IMG/VR virus record: IMGVR_UViG_3300042545_000094
Span: 1-60,104 of that record
Source: a virus
Lineage: Duplodnaviria; Caudoviricetes
Strand: one strand, 5' to 3'
DNA: 60,104 nucleotides
Made by a program: the position numbers and the translations under genes. The notes beneath the pieces are model-generated. The model did not search any database and was not told the DNA's origin. It saw nothing but the letters and a program-made list of their open reading frames with translations. Positions 29,432-38,501 of the stretch are shown one piece after another; the first letter of the stretch is position 1; each line of letters opens with the position of its first letter.

Positions 29432-31760
29432 AGGCGGCGGCGGTGGCGGCGGTCCACAACAAACAACGGCTTATCAAACTAACATACCGGAATACGCAAA
29501 ACCGTATGTGATGAGTATGCTTGGGGCTACCCAAGAACAGTTGTTTAATACACAAAACGGTGAGATTACTGGGTTTAAGCCATACCAAGCATATTCTTCC
29601 GACCCTACACAATACTTTGCAGGGCCATCTAGTTTACAAACTAGTGCCTACAATGCCGCATCTCAATTACAGTCGCCAAGTCAATATCAAGTAGGTAGCC
29701 AACTTGCGGGTATGTCTGGTTTAGGACAACTAGGTACTGCTGGGCAAGCTGGTATGTTTGGGCAGCAAGGTGCTGGATTAGGTTTAATGGGCGCTATGCA
29801 AGCAGCCCCTGCATTTGGTGCTGGTTCACAATATGCTCGTAGTGTTACTGACCCTTCTCAGGTTGGGGCTTATATGTCTCCGTACCAGCAAGGTGTTACT
29901 GATGTTGCTAAAAATGCAGCTATTCGTGAAGCTCAGTTAGCACAGCAAGCTAGTAATTTAGGTGCAGCTCGTCAAGGTACTTATGGCGGTGCACGTCAAG
30001 CGTTGCAACAATCTGAACGTGAGCGTAATTTATTAGGTAACTTATCTAATATCCAAGCACAAGGTTCTCAATCCGCGTACGACCGAGCTATTCAGGCTCA
30101 ACAGTTTGGGGCTAATTTAGGCTTACAAGGTATTCAAACTGGGCTTCAAGGCGTTCAAGCTGGTATGCAAGGTATTGGTCAAGGCTTACAAGGCGTTGGT
30201 GCACAACAAGCCGGTTATGCTGGCGCAGGTCAAGCAGCTTCTACATTAGGTCAATTAGGTAGTGCGCAGAACCAGGCAGACCTAGCTAACATTGGTTTAC
30301 AGAATCAGCTTGGCGGTCAGCAACAACAGTATCAACAGAACATTATCAATCAAGCTATCCAAGACTACGCTACTGCTCAGCAGTACCCAATGATGCAGTT
30401 GGGCTTTATGTCTAATATGCTTCGTGGTTTGCCAATGCAAGCAACTACAACTCAAACTTATCAAGCTCAACCTAACTTAGCTACTCAAGCTATTTCTGGT
30501 TTGGGTACCGCAGCTGGCGCTTACAAGGCATTTGGCTTTAAAGAAGGTGGCGCAGTTAAAGGTTTGGCTAATGGTGGCTCAACTGGTATGGCGCAACAAA
30601 GTGAGTCTGCTCAAGGCATTAAAGCTCAGTTATTATCTATGCCAATGGAGCAAGTAGCTCAGGTAGCACAAACAAGCCCAAGCGAAACAGTACGTGCTAT
30701 GGCTAATGAAGTGCTAATGGAAAAGCGTATGCAAGCCCAGGCTGAGCAACAAGCTGAGCAATCTATTATGCAAGACCAACAACCTCGTGGTTTAGCAGCG
30801 GCTCCAGCTCCTTCAATGGATGCAATCGGTGCGGCTGGTGGGGGCATTGTGGCTTTTGCTACGGGCGACCAAGTTGAAGAAGAGGAAGATAAGTACGGAC
30901 AGTATGTAAGGGATGTGCAAAGAGCACGTCTAGCAGCTGGTGTAGAAGGCTCTCCTATTGACCCTAAACTTAAAGCTATGTACGAAGAGCGCCTTGCTGG
31001 TTTGCCAGGCCGTCGTGAAAGTGATACTGGTCTAAATATGATTGATTTCTTCAGTCGTATGAATAAGCCCGGTTCTACTTTGTCTGCTGGTATTGCAGCA
31101 GCAGGTGAGGCACTTCCTGGTATTGCAGCTCGTCGTAAAGAGTTAGCTGCTGAAGAATTAGCCGCAACTAAGGGTATGTCTGACCTTACTTTGGCTGAAC
31201 GCGCTGAGAAACTTGGTATTTCTAAAGAAGCCATGGGTGCTTACGAGAAAGAAATGGACCGAGAGAAAGCTCTTGATGTTGCACGTATCGGTGCCGCCCA
31301 ACGTCCTACTGATTTAGATAGAACTACTAGCGCCATTCTCGCTGATTTAATTGATAAAGGTGCTGCTGATAATGCAGCTACTAGAGCAACGGCTAGAAAA
31401 CAAGCAATTGAAGTAACAGGCCTTGCGTTTCCAAAAGCTGCAGGTGCACAAGAAGATAGACTTACTAAAGCTTATAAAGACATCGACGATAAGTATTTCC
31501 TTGAGAAGCTTCAAGCGGGTGATAATAAAGATAAACTTGCTGAGGTTCAAGCTAAGATTGACAAAGAAAGAGCTATTGCAGAACAACGTCTACGTATTGA
31601 ACCTACTCCAGCTCCTAGCACTAGCTCTGGTCGATTCCCTAAACCTGATATTTCAAAGGTACCTAACGTTCCTGAAGGTTCTAGCATTGGTGCACAAACA
31701 AATAAGGGCTGGGAAGTTAAGGACAAGGATGGTAAAGTTATAGGGCACATTCAAAAATAA
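29424..31760 (+). CDS. Internal virion/DNA ejection protein
   Basis: MGKGGGG start, Gln/Gly/Ala-rich, YMSPY, FKEGG and LANGG motifs. Confidence 0.7.
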   Translation: MGKGGGGGGGPQQTTAYQTNIPEYAKPYVMSMLGATQEQLFNTQNGEITGFKPYQAYSSDPTQYFAGPSSLQTSAYNAASQLQSPSQYQVGSQLAGMSGLGQLGTAGQAGMFGQQGAGLGLMGAMQAAPAFGAGSQYARSVTDPSQVGAYMSPYQQGVTDVAKNAAIREAQLAQQASNLGAARQGTYGGARQALQQSERERNLLGNLSNIQAQGSQSAYDRAIQAQQFGANLGLQGIQTGLQGVQAGMQGIGQGLQGVGAQQAGYAGAGQAASTLGQLGSAQNQADLANIGLQNQLGGQQQQYQQNIINQAIQDYATAQQYPMMQLGFMSNMLRGLPMQATTTQTYQAQPNLATQAISGLGTAAGAYKAFGFKEGGAVKGLANGGSTGMAQQSESAQGIKAQLLSMPMEQVAQVAQTSPSETVRAMANEVLMEKRMQAQAEQQAEQSIMQDQQPRGLAAAPAPSMDAIGAAGGGIVAFATGDQVEEEEDKYGQYVRDVQRARLAAGVEGSPIDPKLKAMYEERLAGLPGRRESDTGLNMIDFFSRMNKPGSTLSAGIAAAGEALPGIAARRKELAAEELAATKGMSDLTLAERAEKLGISKEAMGAYEKEMDREKALDVARIGAAQRPTDLDRTTSAILADLIDKGAADNAATRATARKQAIEVTGLAFPKAAGAQEDRLTKAYKDIDDKYFLEKLQAGDNKDKLAEVQAKIDKERAIAEQRLRIEPTPAPSTSSGRFPKPDISKVPNVPEGSSIGAQTNKGWEVKDKDGKVIGHIQK

Positions 31761-31769
31761 GGGCTCTAT

Positions 31770-34700
31770 ATGCGATTTGTACCTATAGACGAGGTTGAAA
31801 AGGAAGAACCTAGTGGGTTTAGGTTTGTTCCTTTAGGCCAAGAAACTCCTGCTAAAGAGCAAGAAGTTTCAGGTGTGCAAGACAAAAAACAAAAAGGTAA
31901 AAGTGTCCTTGAGGGCACTACTTTGTCTGAAGGTGAAGCCCCAGTAAAACAAGAAACAGTTAAGCTTCCTGGCTTTGAACACTTGTATCCGTCTGAGGAA
32001 AGTCCGTTTAATCTAAGTGAGCAATCGCGTACCGAAAAGCTAATCATGCAGGGGTTAGACCCTGAGTTTGCTCGTGCCACAGCCCGTAGAAATATTGCTG
32101 AAGGTAAAGCAACTACCGGTAAAGAATATGGGATTGCTAGAGAAACTCCAGAAGAAGTGCAGTTAGCAGAAGACCTTAAATACGTATCAGGCAAAACAGG
32201 TATTGAAGATACCGCCCAAGTACTTAAGCGAGCAGGGGTTAAAGCTACTACAGGTATGGCGCAAGCTGGCGGCGGTATGCAGCGTTTCGTTGGGGAGATG
32301 CTAGACCTAGACACCTCTGACGAGACTAAAACACTAGACCAAATCAATACATTCACCCAAAGTATGGGTGAGGCACCAAATAAACCTGTTCAAATTATTG
32401 AGGGTGCATTTAACTCTATCGGCCAACAAATGCCTGCATTGGTAGCAGGTGTTGCAACTGGTTCACAGCCTTTGGTTTTAGCTTCTATGTTCGCTAATTC
32501 CTTTGGTCAAAACTATGATGACAGCCGCCGTAGAGACCTAGATGCAGTGGATTCTACCGCTCGTGCTGCAGCTTATGCTGCGTTTGAAGTTATTGGTGAG
32601 AAGTTTGGTTTGGGCGACCAGTTAACAGCACTTAAAAAAGCAGCCACTGGGGTAGCTGAAAAAGACCTAGCTGAGTTTTTTGCAAAAGCGCTAGCAAAAG
32701 AAATTCCTGGTGAGCAGCTAACTTATGCTGGTCAGTTCGCCGTAGATAAAGGGTTTGGGTTAAACCCAGAAGCCGGTTTAAAAGAATTTATCCAAGGTGC
32801 TGTTGACACCATGTTAGTAACTGCAACCCAAGGCGGTATTATGTTGGGCGGCGGTATGACTATGAATAAACTTGTCGGTGGTAAGGGTGGTAGACAAGAA
32901 GAGCCTGAGCAAAAGACCGCTGCTGAGTTAACCAAAGAAAAAGGCTTTACCTTTGTACCCTTAGGTCAGACTAAAGAAGAAGTTGTAGCTGCTCCTATTG
33001 AAAAAGCTGAACTCAGAGAACCAACCATGAAGAACATGAGGGAAGATTTTGACTCTCTCATTGGCAATTTACAAGAGAAATACAACTCTAATGTCGACCG
33101 GTTAAAACAAAAGTTTGCAGAAATTACAGGTAAAACTACTGCGGAAGAAGTAGACCCAGTACAAGCACAGTTTAAAGATACTGTTGCACGTTACCAAGAT
33201 ATGGGTATGACTCGTGCGCAAGCCAGACAGTTGGCTAACCAAGATTTTGAGGAGGCCGGATATGGAGATAGACTTGACGCCGGAACAGTTCAGCCTAGCG
33301 TTTCAGTGCCTAGTGAACAACGCGGAGCCGACGCCGGAACTCCAGCACCTATCGGGCGAGGAGTGGGAAGAGATAGCGAAACTGCTGTTCTTCCTTCAGG
33401 CGGAGCAGAAGCTCAGCCAAGTGCACTAACACCAGCACAAGTTAGAGCCCAAGCTAATTCACAGGCTCTAGAGGTATTTAAAGCACCTAGAACAGAAAAC
33501 CCAGATGGTACGCTTACTTATAGCGCCCCAACTCCAGCAGTGCAAAAACAAATAGATGCCTACTCATTGGGCGCTTATGATGCTGCGCAGGGGTTTGATG
33601 GCGCTAGATATGCAGCGGATATGAAAGGTAAAGAAAAGAAAGCCTATGAAGAAGGCTTTACTTATGGACAACAAGTAGTTTCAAGTTTACCTACTGACAA
33701 ATTAGAAGTGTCACAAGATTTAGTAGACCTTCGTAAACAAATGGTTGCAGCTGATGAATTGGCTGCTAGGTCTAAGTATGGTCCTGATAAACGTAACGCT
33801 ACGATGGCATCTAGACGCTACCTTGCTGCTATGGAAAAAGCCACTGGTACAAAAGAAACCACAAGTCCTGAATGGCAAGCGTTAAATGACGCGGTTATAC
33901 AACAATCAGAAGCCATCCCTGCTGTGGAAGAATTAGAAGAGATAGCTGCACCTACTCCAGCATCCGTAGAAGAAACAGTTACACCTATTGCACCTGTTAA
34001 GCAGGGCAAACCTCGTGGTCGTAAGAAGTTAGACCTTACGGAAGAAGAAGCGGCGGCTAAGAAAGCTGCTAGAGCTGAGCAAACTAAAGAATGGAAAGCA
34101 ACTAATAAACAACTATTAGACGCCCAGAATGTGCTTAATCTTGAAGCGCCTGTTAGAGAAGAATTTACTAACGAAGATGCGTACCTTGATGCAAGTATGC
34201 GTTATAGAACAGACCGCCAAGCAGCCCTAGACCTATTAAATGGTATGGCAACTGGACCTCGTCGCAATACTGCATTGGGTAAAACTGCGCAAACAGGCTT
34301 GGCGAACCCAAATATTACGCCACAGGAATTAGCAGCGGTAAAAGAACGTGAAGCACTACGTAAAGGCACAGCTCGTGCAGAACTAATTGAAGCTACTAAT
34401 GGTGTTGAGAATGATAAATATGCAGACTTTAGTAATGGTGGACAAGCTTTATCTTGGATTGCCAAGAATGGTAACGAGTTTGAGTCTACGCTAGCTAAGC
34501 GCATACTGCCTTTTGTTCGCAACATGCGGGTTGTTATTGTTCGTTCAAGCGCTGATTTACCTACTAATTATTTACGCAGCCAGTTTGAAGGTGCTGCGGG
34601 TATGTACTCCAACGGGGTTATTTATCTAGACGCTAATGGTGGCATGAACAACACAGTGTTCTTGCATGAAGCCTTGCATGGTGCAACCATTGACCGTATT

Positions 34701-37700
34701 AACAAGTACCTAGATGATGTCGCCGAAGGACGTGAACCTGAAGCTAAGCTAGCTGAAGCCGTAGAAGAAATGAATGCGGTGATGAAGAGTGCTGGCCGTC
34801 TATACGACGCACTTAATAAGCTAGGTATGACCGATGAGCGTACGGATGCCTTGGCACGTGCTAATGCCTTTACTGATATTAAAGAGTTTGTAGCTTACGG
34901 CATGTCTCAGCCAGCTATGCAAGAGTTCTTGTTGCAAGCACCAGGTATGTATTTAGGCCCTAAAACTTCTTTCTTTGATGGTGTATTTAACCGTTTTGTA
35001 CAGTCTATCCGCAAGATGTTTAACATGGGGGAGAAACATAACTCCGCTATGCAGGACCTAATTATCGTTACAGATAAGCTGTTAGCCACAGAGATTGGTG
35101 AACCTAAGGTTACTAAGCAGCAAGCAGCTCTTGCCAAAAAGCAAACTCAGAAGTTTGATGCGGATGCGGAGAAGATACGTTTATCAAATACATCTACTGA
35201 TATGGTCAGTGCCATCGGCGAGTCCATAGATAACCACAGTTTTGAGCCTATCAAAGAACTACTAGATGCACGCTTCGAAGACCTTGGTAACGGGTTTATT
35301 AAGAAGACCCTTTACACCATGCAAACTGCTGACATCCTTCGTTGGAAGGGTAATGAGATTCCAGCACTTGTAGAAGTAGATGCTTTAACCCAAGAAATGT
35401 CCGCCATGCGTATGCGTATGATGGCTGCATCCGCTAAGAAGGCTGATGCCTTGGCCGCGTTTATCCGTAAGAATGGTTCAGTGGCATTAAGTAACACAAT
35501 GCACTTGGCTCGTTTAAAGAAGGTTAGCCCTACAGAACATGCCACGGCAGCCGATGCTATCAAAGCAGACCCAATTATTCAGCAGTACGAAAGACTAAAC
35601 GCAGACCCAGCTACAGACCCTGCGGATATTCCTGTTAATAAAGGAATGATTACCCGCCGTACTAATCAAATCCAAGCTGTATACGTTGCATGGGATGCGT
35701 TAGGTAAGCAAAAGGGTGGGCACGAGATGTACAAGATGGTACGTCAATACTACCAGGATGCCTATACGGCTACCCGTACGTTGCTAAATGAGCAGATTGA
35801 TGCTCTACCGATTGATGCTGCTGCTAAGGCTAAGTTACTTAAGTCAGTGCGTTTAATGCACGAGAAGAGTGTTGGTGCGGCTGCTGAAACTGTTTTAGAT
35901 GAAGATGGCACCCCTTTTGCTGAAGTGTCATTTAAAAACTTGCCAGAAGATTATTTCCCATTCAAGCGTTATGGCGAGTACTGGTTGCGCATAGAAGGCG
36001 GCCCAGCAGGACGAGAGTTCTACCTATTTGAGAATGGTAAAGACAGAAACTTATTCCAAGCTCGCCGTGCACGTGAGTTAGGTGTGGACCGTAATGACCC
36101 CAAGACTTTCTCTAAGGGTGACGATATTCACGCACTACGTCAGAACTTCCAAGATAGCAGTATCATGTTGCAAGAGATGTTTGCTGCTATTGATGGGGCA
36201 GATACCTCTAAAGCACCTGTTAATTTTTCAGAAGATATAAAAGACCAGTTGTATCAGATTTATCTACAGACTATGCCTGAGCGTAGCTTCCGTAAGCAGT
36301 TTATTCATGCTGACAAAGTAACTGGTTTTAGTGCCGACATCCTCCGTAACTTCAAGACTTCTGCTACGGCTTACTCTAATCAGTTAGCCAAGCTTAAATA
36401 CGGCACAGAAATTAACAACAGCATCCGACGTGCAAGAGATACTTTAGCGGGTATGCCAGCAGATATGCGTGGGCGTATGGAGTTATTCGTCAATGAGATG
36501 GATAAGCGCGCCCAAGATGAGATTAACCCACCAGAAGATAGCGGTTTAGCAGCTGGTGTAAATCAGTTTGCGTTCATCATGCTATTGACTGGTGCAGCCT
36601 CTGCCGCCACCCAGATGGCGTCTATTCCTATTATGGTAATGCCAACCTTATCTCAACAATACGGTTACGGCAAGGCTAGCGTGGAATTAGCTAAGTTAAT
36701 GCCTATCTGGAAGTCAGTTGGCTTTACACAAAAAGATGCTGAAACCGGAGAAGTAACATACACAGCACCTTCTTTAGCTTCTTCTGACTTGGCGAGAAAA
36801 AACCCTAATCTCAATCGTGCCTTCCAAGAAGCGATGGAGAAGTACAACTTATTTAGTCTTACCAATACTTCAGTAATTACTGATACTGCTAGAACTCCTG
36901 ATGATGCACCAGAGACACTTCTAAGAAAAACAGGTCAAACAATAAACAGAGGTATGACTGCCTTGTTTACTGGTTCAGAGCGTATGAGCCGTGAAATATC
37001 GTTTGCCATGACATTTAACTTAGAGTTTGCTAAGTCTGGTAACTTTGATGAGGCAGTTCAAAAGGCAGTGCAGACTACACATGAGTTATTGGGTCGTTAT
37101 GACAACATGAACCGCCCTCGTGTCTTGCGTAACTTTGCGGGTAGAACAATCGGTCAGTTTAAGATGTACTCTATCTTTATGACTTCATGGTTTATCCGTA
37201 ACGCAAACACTATGTTCCGTGAAGGCTTAGGAGAAGCGGAAGGGCGTGCGGCTACACAACGTATGGCTGGCGTTTTATTAATGGGTAGCTTGTTCCACGG
37301 CTTAGTGGGCATGCCTATGTATAGCGTGATAACTTCCGTAATTGACGCCCTTTCTGATGAGGAAGACGAAGAAGTTAAGAAGCGCCTTGCAAAGAACCCG
37401 TTGACAGCCATGAACTCTAACTTCCGTTTCCGTTACGAGTTCTTACCAAAATACTTTGGTGAAATCACTATGCCTGGGCTAGATGGTAGACAGCATAGTT
37501 TGGCAGAAGTGCTAGAAAAAGGCCCTATATCCGCATTGACTGACATTAACTTCAGCTCCCGTACCTCTTTTGACGGCATGTGGTGGCGCGAAGCTAAACC
37601 AGGTAAGACATTTGTAGAAACTGCGCAAAACATTATTCTCTCCAACTTAGGTCCTGGTGTATCTACTGGATTTAATATGGCTGGTGCAATTGATGACTTC

Positions 37701-38216
37701 TCTAATGGCAAGATTCAACGTGGTTTAGAGAAACTTGTACCTGCGTTCTTTAGAGGTTCTTTAGTTTCTTACCGTCTTGGTACTGAAGGTGCTGAGACTA
37801 AAGGTGGTGACAAGCTACTTAAGCAAGAAGAAATAAATACTATGAACTTAATAGCAGCGGCTACTGGGTTCCAACCAACACGTTTATCACGTATTCAAGA
37901 AAAGAACTTTGCAATACAAAAAGAACTAGTTGAAGCGGGTACCAAACGTACTAAGTTACTACGTCGCTTGAATGAGATTGCCTTGGATGACAAGGTAGAC
38001 GGTAAAGACATTTCTAATGCTATCAAAGATATTGTTGAGTACAACAAGCGCTACCCGATGGAGAAGTTTTTAATTCAGCCGGACACAATTCGCAGGTCTT
38101 TAGAGACTATGGCTGAAAAACGCGGTATGACTATACGCGGTCAGTACATGGATAAGAAGCTTGCACCATACGTCTACCCTTCAACTAAGGCAGTGACCCC
38201 ACTCAAGGAAGAGTAA
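31770..38216 (+). CDS. Giant (2148 aa) ejection/polyvalent-type protein with HExxH metallopeptidase motif
   Basis: Last late gene; AAGMY...IYL...VFLHEALH...EFVAYG zincin-like pattern. Confidence 0.75.
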   Translation: MRFVPIDEVEKEEPSGFRFVPLGQETPAKEQEVSGVQDKKQKGKSVLEGTTLSEGEAPVKQETVKLPGFEHLYPSEESPFNLSEQSRTEKLIMQGLDPEFARATARRNIAEGKATTGKEYGIARETPEEVQLAEDLKYVSGKTGIEDTAQVLKRAGVKATTGMAQAGGGMQRFVGEMLDLDTSDETKTLDQINTFTQSMGEAPNKPVQIIEGAFNSIGQQMPALVAGVATGSQPLVLASMFANSFGQNYDDSRRRDLDAVDSTARAAAYAAFEVIGEKFGLGDQLTALKKAATGVAEKDLAEFFAKALAKEIPGEQLTYAGQFAVDKGFGLNPEAGLKEFIQGAVDTMLVTATQGGIMLGGGMTMNKLVGGKGGRQEEPEQKTAAELTKEKGFTFVPLGQTKEEVVAAPIEKAELREPTMKNMREDFDSLIGNLQEKYNSNVDRLKQKFAEITGKTTAEEVDPVQAQFKDTVARYQDMGMTRAQARQLANQDFEEAGYGDRLDAGTVQPSVSVPSEQRGADAGTPAPIGRGVGRDSETAVLPSGGAEAQPSALTPAQVRAQANSQALEVFKAPRTENPDGTLTYSAPTPAVQKQIDAYSLGAYDAAQGFDGARYAADMKGKEKKAYEEGFTYGQQVVSSLPTDKLEVSQDLVDLRKQMVAADELAARSKYGPDKRNATMASRRYLAAMEKATGTKETTSPEWQALNDAVIQQSEAIPAVEELEEIAAPTPASVEETVTPIAPVKQGKPRGRKKLDLTEEEAAAKKAARAEQTKEWKATNKQLLDAQNVLNLEAPVREEFTNEDAYLDASMRYRTDRQAALDLLNGMATGPRRNTALGKTAQTGLANPNITPQELAAVKEREALRKGTARAELIEATNGVENDKYADFSNGGQALSWIAKNGNEFESTLAKRILPFVRNMRVVIVRSSADLPTNYLRSQFEGAAGMYSNGVIYLDANGGMNNTVFLHEALHGATIDRINKYLDDVAEGREPEAKLAEAVEEMNAVMKSAGRLYDALNKLGMTDERTDALARANAFTDIKEFVAYGMSQPAMQEFLLQAPGMYLGPKTSFFDGVFNRFVQSIRKMFNMGEKHNSAMQDLIIVTDKLLATEIGEPKVTKQQAALAKKQTQKFDADAEKIRLSNTSTDMVSAIGESIDNHSFEPIKELLDARFEDLGNGFIKKTLYTMQTADILRWKGNEIPALVEVDALTQEMSAMRMRMMAASAKKADALAAFIRKNGSVALSNTMHLARLKKVSPTEHATAADAIKADPIIQQYERLNADPATDPADIPVNKGMITRRTNQIQAVYVAWDALGKQKGGHEMYKMVRQYYQDAYTATRTLLNEQIDALPIDAAAKAKLLKSVRLMHEKSVGAAAETVLDEDGTPFAEVSFKNLPEDYFPFKRYGEYWLRIEGGPAGREFYLFENGKDRNLFQARRARELGVDRNDPKTFSKGDDIHALRQNFQDSSIMLQEMFAAIDGADTSKAPVNFSEDIKDQLYQIYLQTMPERSFRKQFIHADKVTGFSADILRNFKTSATAYSNQLAKLKYGTEINNSIRRARDTLAGMPADMRGRMELFVNEMDKRAQDEINPPEDSGLAAGVNQFAFIMLLTGAASAATQMASIPIMVMPTLSQQYGYGKASVELAKLMPIWKSVGFTQKDAETGEVTYTAPSLASSDLARKNPNLNRAFQEAMEKYNLFSLTNTSVITDTARTPDDAPETLLRKTGQTINRGMTALFTGSERMSREISFAMTFNLEFAKSGNFDEAVQKAVQTTHELLGRYDNMNRPRVLRNFAGRTIGQFKMYSIFMTSWFIRNANTMFREGLGEAEGRAATQRMAGVLLMGSLFHGLVGMPMYSVITSVIDALSDEEDEEVKKRLAKNPLTAMNSNFRFRYEFLPKYFGEITMPGLDGRQHSLAEVLEKGPISALTDINFSSRTSFDGMWWREAKPGKTFVETAQNIILSNLGPGVSTGFNMAGAIDDFSNGKIQRGLEKLVPAFFRGSLVSYRLGTEGAETKGGDKLLKQEEINTMNLIAAATGFQPTRLSRIQEKNFAIQKELVEAGTKRTKLLRRLNEIALDDKVDGKDISNAIKDIVEYNKRYPMEKFLIQPDTIRRSLETMAEKRGMTIRGQYMDKKLAPYVYPSTKAVTPLKEE

Positions 38217-38239
38217 AAAACCCCCACACGAGGTGGGGG
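38215..38239 (-). terminator. Terminator at the convergence of the two arms
   Basis: CCCCCAC-N5-GTGGGGG with an A6 run on its left (U-tract on the - strand). Confidence 0.8.
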
Positions 38240-38306
38240 CCGAAGAGTTGGAAGGAGCTATCTTCCTAAGGAAAAGCAGATGAGGAGTCTGCGGGATTAG
38301 TATATC

Positions 38307-38501
38307 CTACATTCTCCAAATTCGTAACCCTCGAACACCATCTTCAATCACAGTTTTGATTAAAACTTCCATTTTTAATCGTTTTGTGACACGTAAAACT
38401 TCTTTCTTAGCAGAACTATCATCAAGGCAGGGGATGAATATTGAGTACCCTACCTTGAAATTTCTCCAGTTAATGTTGTAACTAACCTTGTCTATCAGCA
38501 T
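38307..38501 (-). CDS. Small hypothetical protein
   Basis: MLIDKV...GYSIFIPC...GLRIWR; overlaps the primase end. Confidence 0.7.
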   Translation of the reverse strand: MLIDKVSYNINWRNFKVGYSIFIPCLDDSSAKKEVLRVTKRLKMEVLIKTVIEDGVRGLRIWRM

